DNA of 64,000 nt, taken from contig NC_068993.1 of NCBI RefSeq assembly GCF_001194135.2, forward strand, positions 32,851,014 through 32,915,013, written 5' to 3'. The first letter of the stretch is position 1, and each line of letters begins with the position of its first letter. The DNA comes from Octopus bimaculoides (Eukaryota). Shown piece by piece: positions 12,001-25,392 of the stretch. The notes under the pieces were generated by a model. It saw nothing but the letters and a program-made list of their open reading frames with translations, was not told where the DNA came from and did not search any database. Position numbers and translations under genes: made by a program.

Positions 12001-12736
12001 TAACCAAGGCATGCCAGCCTTGATTATCCTGTCATTTTATATATCCAGGATAACATTGTGCAATGTGACCTACCCGTTTTAAGTCGGTAGGATAGAAATT
12101 GAAAGGAATTCTCTAGCGGTCATATAGGCAGTTAGTTTTCTTTTAATAATAATTGTCGAGTGCGATAGATCACGATTTTTGTATTAGTATAACGTACGTT
12201 AGCTTATAGAGACAACTAAACCTAGCAGTGCTATTTTACGAAAGTCATCAATTTTAAAGTGTTGTCACTGTTTACATCTTCCTTATGGTACATGTCTGCA
12301 GTTAAATAGGAGTATTAAGTCCCAGATATAACTCAGTACTGTTGACAGGACACGAACACCGTCTTCCCGGCTCACTGTTCTGATCTGCAATACCATGCGG
12401 TAGGGTCTAACATATGTAATATATAGAGGGATGTAATAAACTAGGATGGGGTACATATCCAAGCCCGATACTCCATCGACTCTTTAGTCCGTGCTCTCAT
12501 CGCAGTACCTCTGTAGAATCTATTCCTGTATAAGAAAACGATTTGATTTCGATATATTACAGAATAATTGTTTAGTCGCTACCCTCCACTGTTGCGAAAA
12601 AAGCTGAAGGAACACCATTTCTCTCATCTTAGGTGCTCTTCTGTCTGCTGAGTTAGTTCATCTTGTATATTGTGGTGTCAGGTTCTCTTCTAATACTTCT
12701 TACAATTGTATAGTGCGTGGAGGTCATAACAAATCA

Positions 12737-15018
12737 ACGCGTGCCAACTTAAAATCAGAATTTTATGCTAAATTTCAGTAGAAGAATACAAAAAAAAAAA
12801 ATGCTTTAAACATGCTAGATATGACAAAAAATGCTAAAGACTAATTTTATAAAAAAGCTTAATTTTTATTTACATTTCTATTTACTTTCTTAAATTATAT
12901 TCAGCATTGAGAAATAATTTCTTGAATTTCTCTAATTTGATCACTTTCAGCTGCAGTACCTAGGTCTTGACTTCAAGGTCCCAATCTTGTTAATTATGTG
13001 TTTTGGAATATCGAAATTTTCGCAACATTTGCCATATCTTTTCAGAGAAAGACTCCCACCNNNNNNNNNNNNNNNNNNNNNNNNNNNNNNNNNNNNNNNN
13101 NNNNNNNNNNNNNNNNNNNNNNNNNNNNNNNNNNNNNNNNNNNNNNNNNNNNNNNNNNNNNNNNNNNNNNNNNNNNNNNNNNNNNNNNNNNNNNNNNNNN
13201 NNNNNNNNNNNNNNNNNNNNNNNNNNNNNNNNNNNNNNNNNNNNNNNNNNNNNNNNNNNNNNNNNNNNNNNNNNNNNNNNNNNNNNNNNNNNNNNNNNNN
13301 NNNNNNNNNNNNNNNNNNNNNNNNNNNNNNNNNNNNNNNNNNNNNNNNNNNNNNNNNNNNNNNNNNNNNNNNNNNNNNNNNNNNNNNNNNNNNNNNNNNN
13401 NNNNNNNNNNNNNNNNNNNNNNNNNNNNNNNNNNNNNNNNNNNNNNNNNNNNNNNNNNNNNNNNNNNNNNNNNNNNNNNNAAATAAATAAAAAGGGTGTT
13501 TTTGGTGGGGTACAAAAGGAAGTCTTCCAATCAGGCCATATTTTATAGACAGTATTATCTAAGCGTAGGAAGATGCATTTTGTTTTTCAATTTTGATTTG
13601 ATTACACCCATACTACTGAACAACCGTTCAGCTTCTGCATTTGAGTTTGGCAATGTCAATAGATTAATGGCAAAATTTGCAACATCTCTAAAAGGATTTC
13701 CTCCAGTAGCATCTTTATATTCCAAGACTTCCAGCCAGAATGCCTCAGTATTAGATGTATTTGTCCATTTAACTAAATGAATGCTATTAAACTGAATTTC
13801 AATTGAAGCAATTTTTTCTTCATTTAAATGCATTGCTTCTAAGACAAGTAAAATTTTGCTCTTTGAAATGCTGCAAAATATTCTCTAAAGAAAAATATTT
13901 GATATTCCTCAGTATATTAATATTTCCTGGCAAACGGTGCTCAAGCTCTTTATAAAGGCAAATTAAAAATTGTGCTCTTTTGCGAATATTATTTTCTTCG
14001 GTAGCTGTTACAGTCTTCTTGATAATCATTTCTGCTATCTTACTCTCGAACCTGTAGCCTAAATTTGGTTGAGGATCCAGAATTTTTTCAATAGAAGCAT
14101 CCAGATCAAGAGGATCAATTCTACATGTTGGCAACACTGTCATATTAGCAACAGATTTGATCAAGTTTGAAAGATCTTCAAGTAATTTTGTTTTGTTGAC
14201 AGTGTTTGATTCAAACAGTTCATTCACTTCCTGAACATATTTTAAAATTGGATGGAAAAATAAAAGGTAAAGTTCATTCCTAGAATCACAAAACATTTCA
14301 TGTAACGTTTGTGCTGTAAAGCATTTTTCTTTTGTAGTTGTAGTTTGGAAGTGAGTTTGCAATTCAAACCATTGGCTTAAAATTCTATTTACCTCTGGTT
14401 CTATTGACAGTCACCTAATTGTACAAGAATTCATGATCTTCAAAGGCTCTTTACCATTGATAGCAAGGTAAAGTTGTTTGTAGGCACTTTGTCTCGTTGA
14501 AGAATGAGAAGACCATTTATAGGTTTCAGATACTAAAAATTCTAAATTTATGGGCAAGTATTCAGTACAAGTGTGGGATACTGCCAAATGTAAAGAATGA
14601 CATACACATCTAAATATAAGTAACGATGGAACTTCTTTTAATGTCTGGAAAACACCATTGTTGACACCTATCATTACTCTAGCATTGTCGGTTCTTATAG
14701 CCAGTAAATTTTTTATATCTAATTTCTTTTTCACTAATTCAATTTTTAAAGCATCTACAATGTCATCTGCATCACATGTTTCTAAAGTTACCATACTGAG
14801 ATATGTATGTACCACTTTTTTGTGAGTGTCACTATGATATATCATTGGATTCATCTAATAACAGGCTAAATTTTCTATCTCCTGTATCAGAAATCAAATC
14901 TCCATCAAAATATGGAGCTAGAACATTTCTCACAATATTTGCACATTTTGTATGATGCAACTTCATTTTGGATATAATATCACTATCAGACATAGACGGA
15001 AACTGAAAGAAGCCTGTC

Positions 15019-15077
<59 letters not shown>

Positions 15078-15821
15078 ATGTGTGTGTGTGTTTGTGTGTC
15101 TGTGTTTGTCCCCCCAACATCGCTTGACAACCGATGTTGGTATGTTTACGTCCCCATAACTTAGCGGTTCGGCAAAAGAGACCGATAGAATAAGTACTGG
15201 GCTTACAAAGAATAAGTCCTGGGGTTGATTTGCTTGGCTAAAGGCGGTGCTCCAACATGGCCGCAGTTAAATGACTGAAACAAGTAAAAGAGTAAACTCT
15301 TTTAAGTGATCACAGCTAATCCATAACAAGCATGAAAAAACACAGGCCTATTTTAAAACAGTCAAACTGAAAATGAATCAGTCAACCTGTCATGATAAAA
15401 ACTCATCACTACAGAATAAAGCATTGTTAGGATGAATTTCCATGCTTTCATTGTGTAGTGAGTTCAGATGCTGACATGAGTTATCTTCTCCCCTCCCCTC
15501 ATCAGCACCACTCTGTATCCAAAGGAGGTGGGGCTGGGAAAGTTCATAACTGGATAAACTTTCATTTGAAGTTTCAAGAAAGTGAAAGAAAAATTCAATA
15601 GCCGATAGTACTAAAATTTGGCTACAAGATACATTAACGAAAATAGGAAAGGAGAAAAAAAGGGTAACTTTTGTGGAAATGTCATGATCAGAGAAAAATA
15701 CTAAATAAAATTTTAAACCTGCTATTTTCCCTGCTAAATGCTAGATTCAAAAATTTTCTGCTAAACGCTGAAAAAAAAAAATGCTAGATCTAAAACAAAA
15801 TATGCTAAATTAGCAACCCTG
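12737..15821 (-). mobile_element. Degraded hAT DNA transposon
   Basis: Right end is CAGGGTTGCTAATTTAGCAT on the minus strand, with repeated TGCTAAA/TTTAGCA subterminal motifs at both ends. The left end is approximate and no TSD was found. Confidence 0.6.
13555..14990 (-). pseudogene. hAT transposase pseudogene in four frameshifted pieces
   Basis: Motifs FSLLLDES (D1), TDNARVM (D2), CVCHSLHL (CxxH) and LPNSNAEAERLFSSM (E, dimerisation domain). The N-terminus is replaced by a SINE. Confidence 0.85.
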
Positions 15822-17324
15822 AGTCGAGGATACTTTTATGTTGTTGTTTAGCCTACTAGAAATGGCAGCCAAAGCTCCCTGAAATCACTGCCTGTTACAT
15901 TAAAGAAGGGACAATTCATTAAACAACGTAGTCTTAGGCTGGAAAAAAAATTTGGACATACTGGAAAGCTTTTGACCGTAGATCTATTCAATTGGTGACT
16001 CTAAGACTAAACTACTTAACAAACCCACAACTAGCGTAACTGTATTTGTCCAGCTAAAATATAAGGAACTCGCGAAGGCAAATGACTGAGAATACAAGAA
16101 AAATTTATGCATCTAGCCGACAGTTTACTATAAATACAAAGTCGGGTTCCTCAAATTGCCCTCTATAGTCTTGCCAGCGGAGGTAAAGGATACGCACACC
16201 GCCCGTTTTCTGTGTAACAATGACCCTAACCCTAAACACCGGATGTGCGTGTTCTTAACTTTCGCCGTCTTGCCAAGGGGAGAAAACATGTAGTCCTATG
16301 TAATACTCGAGAAATATAAAGGATAGTCATAATTGGCATTTCATTAATTACTAAGTCCTACTCACTGTTTATCTGGGGCTAAACAGCAACCAAACTCATG
16401 CATTATTAATTTTAATGATATGATTAAAGAAATGACAATTCTGATATTTGTATACCAACCCTAAAAGAACACATTTCCAATAATACTTTTTCAGTTATAA
16501 TTCCCAATAACAGATTATACCCTCTCTCCATGTCCTCAAATTTTTAGCAAAATTTTTTTTTAAAGTTTACACAACATATTGACTTCTTCAAGTTAAGTGG
16601 GGCTGCAAGTTGGGTAGTCGGCTCACCCAACCTGTCTCTTCTTCCTAATTTTTTTACATTGACACCAGTTTTGGAAGGAACAATCGATTAAATCGAACCT
16701 TCATTGTGGACCCCATGTACATATACATCTTAGTTGATTTAGCAAATATATTGATTTCATGAAAGCACCATTTGATAAAACCTCACCCACCCCACCTTGG
16801 ATTTCTTTTTTCTTTAATCTTTCTATGCACCTGTCCATCTGTATATTTAATATTGATTTCAGGGTTCATGAAATGTTTCATCTGGGCCCATCTTACTCTA
16901 TGTCCAACTCATTAAGAGAGGCAAAGCAAGTGCGCATGAAGGGAGCAAGTTGCTCCCCGAGTACAAGTGTGAAGGGGCTCAAAATTTCATTTTGCTTTAC
17001 CATGGCTGCTAATTAAGGTGGGAGCTCTAAGGTTGTTTTTGCCCCTGCGGTGCAGAGAATCCTTGCTATGTCACTGTTCGAAACAAATGTCATAAGCTTT
17101 ATATAAAACATGATAGCCTTTTTACTAATAATATTGATTTCAAATTTTGGTACAAAGTCAGCAACTTCAAGGGAAGGGTTAAGTCGATTACATCGCTCAC
17201 AGTGATCAACTGGTACTTATTTTATCGACCCCGAAAGGATGAAAGGCAAAGTCAACTTTGGCGGGATTTGAACTGAGGACGTAAAGATGGCCAAAATACC
17301 GTTAAACATTTTGTATATATGATA

Positions 17325-17511
17325 CTAACAGAGATACCCGGCGTTGCTCATGTTACATGCAATTGAAGAATTAGGCTTTTCTGTTATATTTTCTCTAATG
17401 AACTGGAATACCTATGATTTGAATTTCATCAAAATTGCAGATGAGGGTTCTTTCCCTCTTTACACACCCTAAAAAAATTCTAATCATGACACATTTATCC
17501 CATACTATTGA
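17325..17511 (-). mobile_element. Short degenerate non-autonomous Helitron
   Basis: TACTAACAGAGATACCCGGCGTTGCTC resembles the other Helitron 3' ends. The 5' end TCAATAGTATGGG is at 17511. Confidence 0.35.
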
Positions 17512-19166
17512 TCTTTATGTGCAGAATCCAAAATTCCAGTCTAATGGAACCTGGGAATGATGTAATATTCCTATAAAATGTAGTAGGTGTTAATGGACTT
17601 CTGGGATTTGCTTTGGTTTAGATGTACAAGGAAAAAAATCCATTTCCTTGCTGCTAAATAGCTGTAGATATTGGCTAAAGGTGGGTAGGAGAGAATTAGA
17701 TAGTGGTGGGATATAAGAATAAATGATATTTCATTGCTGGTATCATTATTTTGACAATGTGGTCAGCCCTGATCAATGCTGAGTCCCCTATTACACGTCA
17801 TTGATTTTCAGACTGAATTAACACCGGTGATATACGTAAATCAAAGGTAACTACAGAAGTTCGTTCATTGCAGTTTGCTCCTGAGTGGCACCATGTCCAT
17901 GATGAATTAATATCTCATAAAATACCGAGCAAATATTAATCAGCAAAATGATTCATTTTTCTGTTAGTTTCAGTGTTAGGGACCCGTTATTTGTGTCCAT
18001 GCTGTCATTCAAACAGAAAACTTGTTACATACAGGAATACACACTTTTGAGGGTGGGGTGAGATTGTCCTCTCTTTTTTTTTTACCTTTTTAATGCCCCA
18101 GAGAATTACAAAGTTAAAAATTATATTTAACCTATCCGGAGGATTTCAGCTTAGAATAATGAAAGTAAAGAGCTTGGCTTGTTAATTGGGAGGTAATCTA
18201 AACTAGATGAACATGTAGGTACCAATGAATATAAAAAAAGAGAGATGGTGTAATAAAAATAAAAAAAATCAAATAAAGTAGATATCACATTGGTAGGGTA
18301 AAATCCAAGCTGTGTCCTCTTTGAAGCCCAGCTGCTTATTCCAGAATGACAATCCACTATGTATTTGTTTTTGTTGTATTGATGTGAGATACATTTTGAA
18401 TTGAAAATGCTGGGAATATTGTTTGTAACAAAACAGGAAATTGGAAATTTTTTACATATTTTTTATTCACCATTACATGTTTCACTTGCTAATAGGAATC
18501 ACGAAGTTGTACATGCTGAATAAAAATGTAAGAAATTTCCTATTAGAAAGGACAAAGGACTGAGACACCTGGCACCTGGCTGTACTCAAGAAGACCCATG
18601 TTATGTAAAGCACCCATGGTGGTGCCATGTAAAAGTGTCCATGTGGTGTCACGTAAAAGCACCTGTGCAGCATCATGTAAAAGCATCCAGCACACTTTGT
18701 AAAGTGGTTGGTGTTAGGAAGAGCATCCAGCGATAGAAACCGTGCAGTCCTCCAGCTTGCCATCTCTGGACAGACTGTCCAACCCATGCTAGCATGGATG
18801 ACAGACATTAGATAGGGATGATGATGATGAGGAGGAGGAGGAGGAAATCCTTCAGACAGAGAACAGGTAGATAGATAGATCATCATCATCATTTAATGTC
18901 CATTTTCCATGCTGGCATGGGATGGACGGGTTGAAACAAGCTGGATAGCTGCACCAGGCTCCAGTTGTCAGTTCTGACATGATTATGACAGCTGGATGCT
19001 CTTCTTAATACCAACTACTTTACAGAGCGTACTGGGTGTTTTTTTTATGTAGTACCAGCATGGGAGCTTTTTTTATGGTGTCAGCACAGGAGATAAAATA
19101 TTTTATTTACATAAATTATTTTGTTCTGATTGTTTAGCTTTATGCAGACTTGTCTGAAAATTTTAG

Positions 19167-19197
<31 letters not shown>

Positions 19198-19980
19198 CTC
19201 TCTCTCTTTCTGTCTCTCTTTTTCTTTTTCTCTCTCTCATTTTCTTTCTCTCTCACTATTTCTCATCCCTGTGTGTTATCTTTCTATTTAATATACCATC
19301 TATTTTTTAAAACTTATTTCTCTCTCATATATACATGCATTCTTCACATGCTCACTTGTGTTTTAAAATGTACTGTTAAGAGTTTTTACTTTGACTTTTG
19401 TTAAAAAAACACAGCTGATAACCCCAGTTAATCATTTGATCTTGATAAAATAATTAGGCATCATTTACACACACACACACATACACACACACACAAGCAA
19501 AATATTTATATATGTATATTCATGCTTATAAATATTTCTTTGAGCTGGCAGAAACGTTATTTCGTCTGTCTTTATGTTTGTAGGCACAGGAGTGGCCGTG
19601 TGGTAAGTAGCTTGCTTACCAACCGCATGGTTCCGGGTTCAGTCCCACTGCATGGCACCTTGGGCAAGTGTCTTCTACTATAGCCTCGGGCCGACCAAAG
19701 CCTTGTGAGTGGATTTGGTAGATGGAAACTGAAAGAAGCTCGTCGTGTATATGTATATATATATGTGTCTGTGTTTGTCCCCCAAAATCGCTTGACAACC
19801 GATGCTAGTGTGTTTACGTCCCCCGTAACTTAGCGGTTCAGCAAAAGAGACCGATAGAATAAGTACCAGGCTTACAAAGAATAAGTCCTAGGGTCGATTT
19901 GCTTGACTAAAGGTGGTGCTCCAGCATGGCCACAGTCAAATGACTGAAACAAGTAAAAGAATATAAGAGTAAGTAAAATC

Positions 19981-20169
19981 AAATAAATGACAAAGGAACA
20001 GGAATTACATTATCAATATCATTAGCTTACAGATGTTTCTGCTAGACACTCTGAGGAAGCTATAAGGTATGCTCATGCACTCAGCTCTGAGTGTACTATA
20101 TCTTATAGAAAAAACAATTGTAAACTAATGAAGTTGATAACATGACTCCTGTTCCATTGTCATTTATTT
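19981..20169. repeat. Foldback element with about 60-bp imperfect arms and nested inner hairpins
   Basis: AAATAAATGACAAAGGAACAGGA... vs ...TCCTGTTCCATTGTCATTTATTT. Inner stems are CTATAAG/CTTATAG and CACTCAG/CTGAGTG. Confidence 0.75.
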
Positions 20170-20210
20170 AATTTCATATTACACTTTGTTCTTGTGAAAT
20201 CTTTGTAAGA

Positions 20211-20261
<51 letters not shown>

Positions 20262-20916
20262 TTTGTATATTATCTTTGTATGTGTATAATTGGTTTATAT
20301 ATCTTTGTGTATATATATACATATATATATATCATCATCATCGTTTGACGTTCATTTTCCATGTTGGCATGGGTTGGATGGTTTGACTGGGGACTGGCAG
20401 GCCAGGAGACCACACCAAGCTCCAATCTGATCTGGCAGTGTTTCTACAGCTGGATGCCCTTCCTAACACCAACCACTCCGAGAGTGTAGTGGGTGCTTTT
20501 TACATGCCACTGGCATGGGAGCCTGTCAGGCAGCACTGGCATCGGCCACATTTGGATGGTGCTTCTTGTGTGCTACCAGCACAGGAGCCAGTCAGGGTGG
20601 GAGGATGGCATCGACCACGTTTGGATGGTGCTTTTTATGTGCCACCGGCACGGAGAGCCAGCCAGGCAGCACTGCCAATGACCCACGCATGCCGTTGAAT
20701 TAGGTACTTAAATTGAGGCACTTTGCTACATTGGTATCATCTGCACACCCAAACAATATTAATTGAATATTAAGACTCCATGCAGGGATGTTTGTACCTC
20801 ATATTCCTGCTGTGTGTGCAGACAACACAACCCAGCTAAGTGAAGATATCCACTCTTGGTAATTGAGACATGTACTTTTTATAAAGGTACTTTCTATAGT
20901 ATTTCTGAAGTGTAGA

Positions 20917-21058
20917 TTCCAAGTAAGGTGAATAAAATATAGTAAGTTGAATAAAATGTTTATATTGTTTCTTTGGTCATATCTCTATTTTCTTAACTCA
21001 TTCTGCCACAGATATGACCAAAGAAACAATGTAAATATTTTATTCACCTTACGTGGAA
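20917..21058. repeat. Foldback with a perfect 21-bp inner stem
   Basis: ATTGTTTCTTTGGTCATATCT (20964-20984) / AGATATGACCAAAGAAACAAT (21010-21030). Confidence 0.8.
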
Positions 21059-21240
21059 GGTGAGTTCCATTATTGATGTGAATATGTTAAGGAAATTGTA
21101 TCCTTTATGTTTGAAGTCTATGTGATCATCTGACAAGAACAGTTTCTTTCAAATGATGTAATGTTTCTATTAATCAATTAAAGGAGTCACTTGAAACAGC
21201 CATAATGAATTGACACCTGTACCTCCTTGTTACTCATTTA

Positions 21241-21297
<57 letters not shown>

Positions 21298-21302
21298 ATG
21301 TG

Positions 21303-21345
<43 letters not shown>

Positions 21346-22886
21346 GCCAGGTGTACCAGCAAAATTGTCCAAATTTTAGATTCAGCTTTGAACCTTTGTA
21401 TCTCAGGAATTCTTAAAGATAACTTAAAGGAATTATCAGCAGTTTTTCCAACACTATTGGACTCTACTTTGAGGAAGAAAAATTGTTGATACTCTCCAGG
21501 CTTACCAGAAGAATTGTGAGGAAGTTGATCATGGACAAAAATGACATTTTCATAAATAATTATATATATAAAGAAAGAGAGAGAGAAATAGATTGCTTTG
21601 TGGGAGTCTCCTCCCACTGCAACTTCAGTGCATGCTGTATTAATAAAATTATGTTTTTTAATGTAATTTTTTACCCAACCCTTTAGCATTCAGATTACCC
21701 TATCAAATGTAATACATATTCATTCACATTGATTTGAATTAATCATGCATTATCTTGTATCATAGCTTTGAGATTTGAGTGATGTGATTGTTTATGTTTT
21801 GAATTACATTGTTGGGTAGGTGTGAGAGGCCAGATCTGGCCAGTTTGAACATTAAATAGATTGAAAATTTTAGGCTGGTTTAAATGCTTAATGATTAAAT
21901 GTCTGACAGTAAAAAAAGAATCCAGATAGCAAGTGTTTATCACCCCAAATGGTAGTGGTGATTGGAGAATATATGAAAAAACTCCGACTCTGTATGTAAT
22001 AGGTCTATAAAATTACAGCACATTAAATATCAAATTCTTACTACCTTGTTTTCCACTAAGTGACCTCTGTCACCTCCCCTGTTCCCCTGTACAACCTCTA
22101 CCTCTTTTTTGTTTCCCTCTATTTTCACTCCCATGTACCTCTGACCTTGTCCCTTGCAGTATACATCTCTCTTGCACCCCACCCTAACACACTTCACATC
22201 AACTGTGCCACCATCTATTACCACCCTGACCCACTACTATTTCCTCCACTCCTCCAAAAAACTAACAAGCTAAAATTGATATTCATGACAATGCCTCTAC
22301 CTGTTTTCACCATTCACTGCATTCACTATTTTAGCATTTCTATCTATCTGCCACTCTCTTTTTGTACTCTTGCGAACCTACTTGCCTACCCACTCCCCCT
22401 GTCCAGTTCTGTGTACCATTTCTCTTATATTCACCTTCCTGTACCTTGAGGTTACACTCTGACACATCTTCACTGCCATTTTCTCTCTCTTTCCCAAGTG
22501 GGGTAGCTGTGTATCTACTCTACAGTAAGACACCAGTTTCTCTTCTTCTATCATACTTTACCTTCTCAACACCTAGCATTAAACCACCTTCCGCAATACT
22601 ATATAACCTCAGTTGTCTTGTGAGTTGCTTAGCATCCTTGCTAGTGCGGGTGTCACATAAAAAGCACCCTCTAAAGTGGTTGGCATTAAAAAGGGCATCT
22701 AGCCATAAAAACCATGCCAAAGCTGACATTGAAGCTTGGTGCAGTCTTCTGCTTTACTAACTCCTGTCAAACCATGTAACTCATGCCAGTATGGAAAATG
22801 GATGTTAAATGGTAAGGATGATGATAATGATGCATTTCTTCATGGCTGTCTCTTGTAATCAAATATGTCTTTGTGACAAGAGAATT

Positions 22887-22918
<32 letters not shown>

Positions 22919-22926
22919 CATACATA

Positions 22927-23200
22927 CACTGGCCAAAATACATTTAAGACTGACGATGACAGTTCTATTCCTTTATTAATTTATTTTTAACAAAACTGTA
23001 AAAAATTATTTTACTTTTTACAGTTTATGTAGAATTTTTTTCTCTTTCGAATGATATTGGTGTTATATATCTTTCTACATAAAAAAAAAAAAAATTCTAC
23101 ATAAACTGTAAAAAGTAAACTAATTTTATAGTTTTGTTAAAAATATATTAATGAAGGAATAGAACTGTCATCATTGGTCTTAAGCTTATTTTGGCCAGTG
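22927..23200. mobile_element. Tc1/mariner-type MITE with long TIRs and TA TSD
   Basis: TA|CACTGGCCAAAATA...TATTTTGGCCAGTG|TA, with inverted arms of about 115 bp. Confidence 0.85.
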
Positions 23201-23954
23201 TATATCTTTCATCTTTTACTGGTTTCAGTTATTAGACTGTGGCCATGCTGAAGCATCACCTTAAAAAATTTTTTCTAAGCCTGGTACTTAGTCAATCTAT
23301 CTCTTTTGCCAAACCATTAAGTCATGGAAATGTAAACACACTGACACTGATTGTCAAACAGTGATTGGGGAGAAACACATACACACACACACATGCATGC
23401 ACACACACACACACACATGTACACGCGTGCACACACATACATGATGGGCTATTTTCAGTTTCTGTCTACCAAATCCACTCACAAAGCTTTGGTTAGCCTG
23501 AGGGTCTGGTAGAAGGCACTCCAAGTACTATTCAGTGAGACTGAATCTGGAATTATGCGGTTGGAAAGTAAACTTCTTATCACACAGCCAACTATTTTTC
23601 CCACCTTGTTTTGCATTTATGTGCTTACTTATGTGTGTTATATATATATATATCTATATAAGTTAAAAAATACACAAAAAACAATAACAAAAAAAACAAC
23701 AAAGTGAGGACGTGATGCGGATAGTGTTATTGGACGCTCAGGAAAGGAAGGAGAGAGAGTATGACGTTTCGGGCGGAGCCCTTCGTCGGAAAGACAGAAA
23801 GTTCGGAGAATGGAAAAACGGAGGAAGAGGAAAATGGCACCGATGCCCACGAGGTTCAGTCATTAGACTGTGGCCATGCTGGGGCACCACCTTGAAGTAT
23901 TTTCGTTGTGCAAATCAACCCCAGTACTTATATAATGTATGTATAATGTATGTA

Positions 23955-24238
23955 CTGGGTCATCCCATAAATAATGCAGTTTTTTCAATTGCATGAACTA
24001 AAAGAAGATCTACTGTAAGAAACTTGAGTGGCTTAAGTCAGTGATAGGAGAAAAATGACCATCTTTGGTTTCAAGACAAAAGGTGTTCTTTCCATCAGGA
24101 TAATGCTCAGCCACATACAGCGAGGATGACATTCCAAAGGCTGGAGTAGTTTGAATGGGAGACGATGCTCTACCCACCATATTCGCCTGACATTGCCCCA
24201 TCTGATTATCATTTATTCTGCAGTCTTCAAAATTACTA
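23955..24238 (+). pseudogene. Internally deleted mariner (DD34D) fragment
   Basis: A TIR-like TA|CTGGGTCATCCCATAAATAATG is joined to YCKKL...FHQDNAQPH...PPYSPDIAPSDYHLF; there are 34 residues between D and D. Confidence 0.8.
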
Positions 24239-24244
24239 AGGACT

Positions 24245-24640
24245 ATGCTGAATAAGACCCCTACCCCTACTCGGAGGACCCCTACCCCTACTCGGAATTC
24301 TTCACTGTACTCGTTGCCAGCCCTCACCTTACTGACTGCATCCTTGTACATGGCTTGCACAGCTCTCACTAACCTTTCATCTATCTCTAGTTTCCTCATT
24401 GACTACCAGGTAAGGAATCAGGGGACCCTGTCAAAGGCTTTCTCCATGTCAACGAAAGCTAGGTACAGAGGTATATCTTTGGCTAGGTATTTTTCCTGCA
24501 GATGTTTTACCAGAAATATAGCATCAGTGGTGCTTTTCCCTGGCATGAACCCAAACTGCATCTCATCTAAACTGACTCTCTCCCTAATTAGTTGGGCTAT
24601 GACCCTCTCCGTGACCTTCATTACCTGATCCAACAACTTG
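24245..24640 (-). pseudogene. RTE-clade LINE reverse transcriptase fragment
   Basis: QFGFMPGKSTTDAIF...LAFVDMEKAFDRVP...VRAVQAMY. Confidence 0.9.
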
Positions 24641-24674
24641 ATATCTCTGTAATATAGATGTATATATATATATA

Positions 24675-25152
24675 CTAGCAGCTAAGCCCGGTTTCGCCCA
24701 GTCGGTTTGGATGATGTGGCTGTAAAACCTGCTCTGTGTAAGCATTCGACTTGTTTGGGCACACTTACATTAAAAAACAATTTTAGAATGACTTTTTTCT
24801 GTTAAAACGCTAAAAATAACTGACCAACAAAAAAAAAACCAACCAAGATTCAACCAAATCAAAAAATAAACCCAAATACTAAGCGAGCAAAAATGAACCT
24901 TCCCACTTCCATTGCACACGCACACAAACATTCACACATACACACGCACACACACACATACACACATTCACATACCCCCTTCTACATACACATACATATA
25001 TTCACACAGAGTTGAAATGCTGTTTGTTTTATTTTTTTCATCATACAGTTTTCATCATCTCACTACCAAGTATGACATCACCCCTTCCTTACTTATTCAT
25101 CTATCACCCCTTCCTTTCTCATTCTTAAACACAAGAGTATTATTATAGTAGA
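24675..25152 (-). mobile_element. Non-autonomous Helitron
   Basis: 5' TCTACTATAATAA at 25152 and 3' CTAG at 24675-24678, at an A^T target site. Confidence 0.65.
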
Positions 25153-25355
25153 TTATCTCAGTAACCATGGGAGCTATGACAAAATACTAAGCCCAGCATC
25201 ACCACTGGATCATTCTGCACATCTGTGTAATTTTTCATGCAATTCCACCCAGCTGTTTGACCATGACTCCCAAGACAAGAAAGAATTGCCCATGTCAAAT
25301 TTATATGTATAGATGTATGTGTATATATGTTTTTCTCCTTGTTCTTCTCTTTATT

Positions 25356-25392
25356 TCTTTCTGTTGAAGAGTGTAGCTTGAAACGTTAAAGA
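25356..25392 (+). ncRNA. Minimal hammerhead-like motif with variant core CUGUUGA
   Basis: TCTTT-CTGTTGA-A-GAG(TGTAG)CTT-GAAACGTT-AAAGA: stem I is perfect and stem III is the palindrome ACGT. Confidence 0.5.

Noticed and set aside
16885-17005. Minus-strand open stretch MVKQNEILSPF...ELDI with a GTAAGA donor and a GGGAGCAA/TTGCTCCC hairpin
   Set aside because: No recognisable homology or partner exon; the hairpin suggests a repeat origin.
17041-17100. GAAAC-AAAT-GTC resembling a hammerhead 3' half
   Set aside because: No CUGANGA core and no stem I complement upstream.
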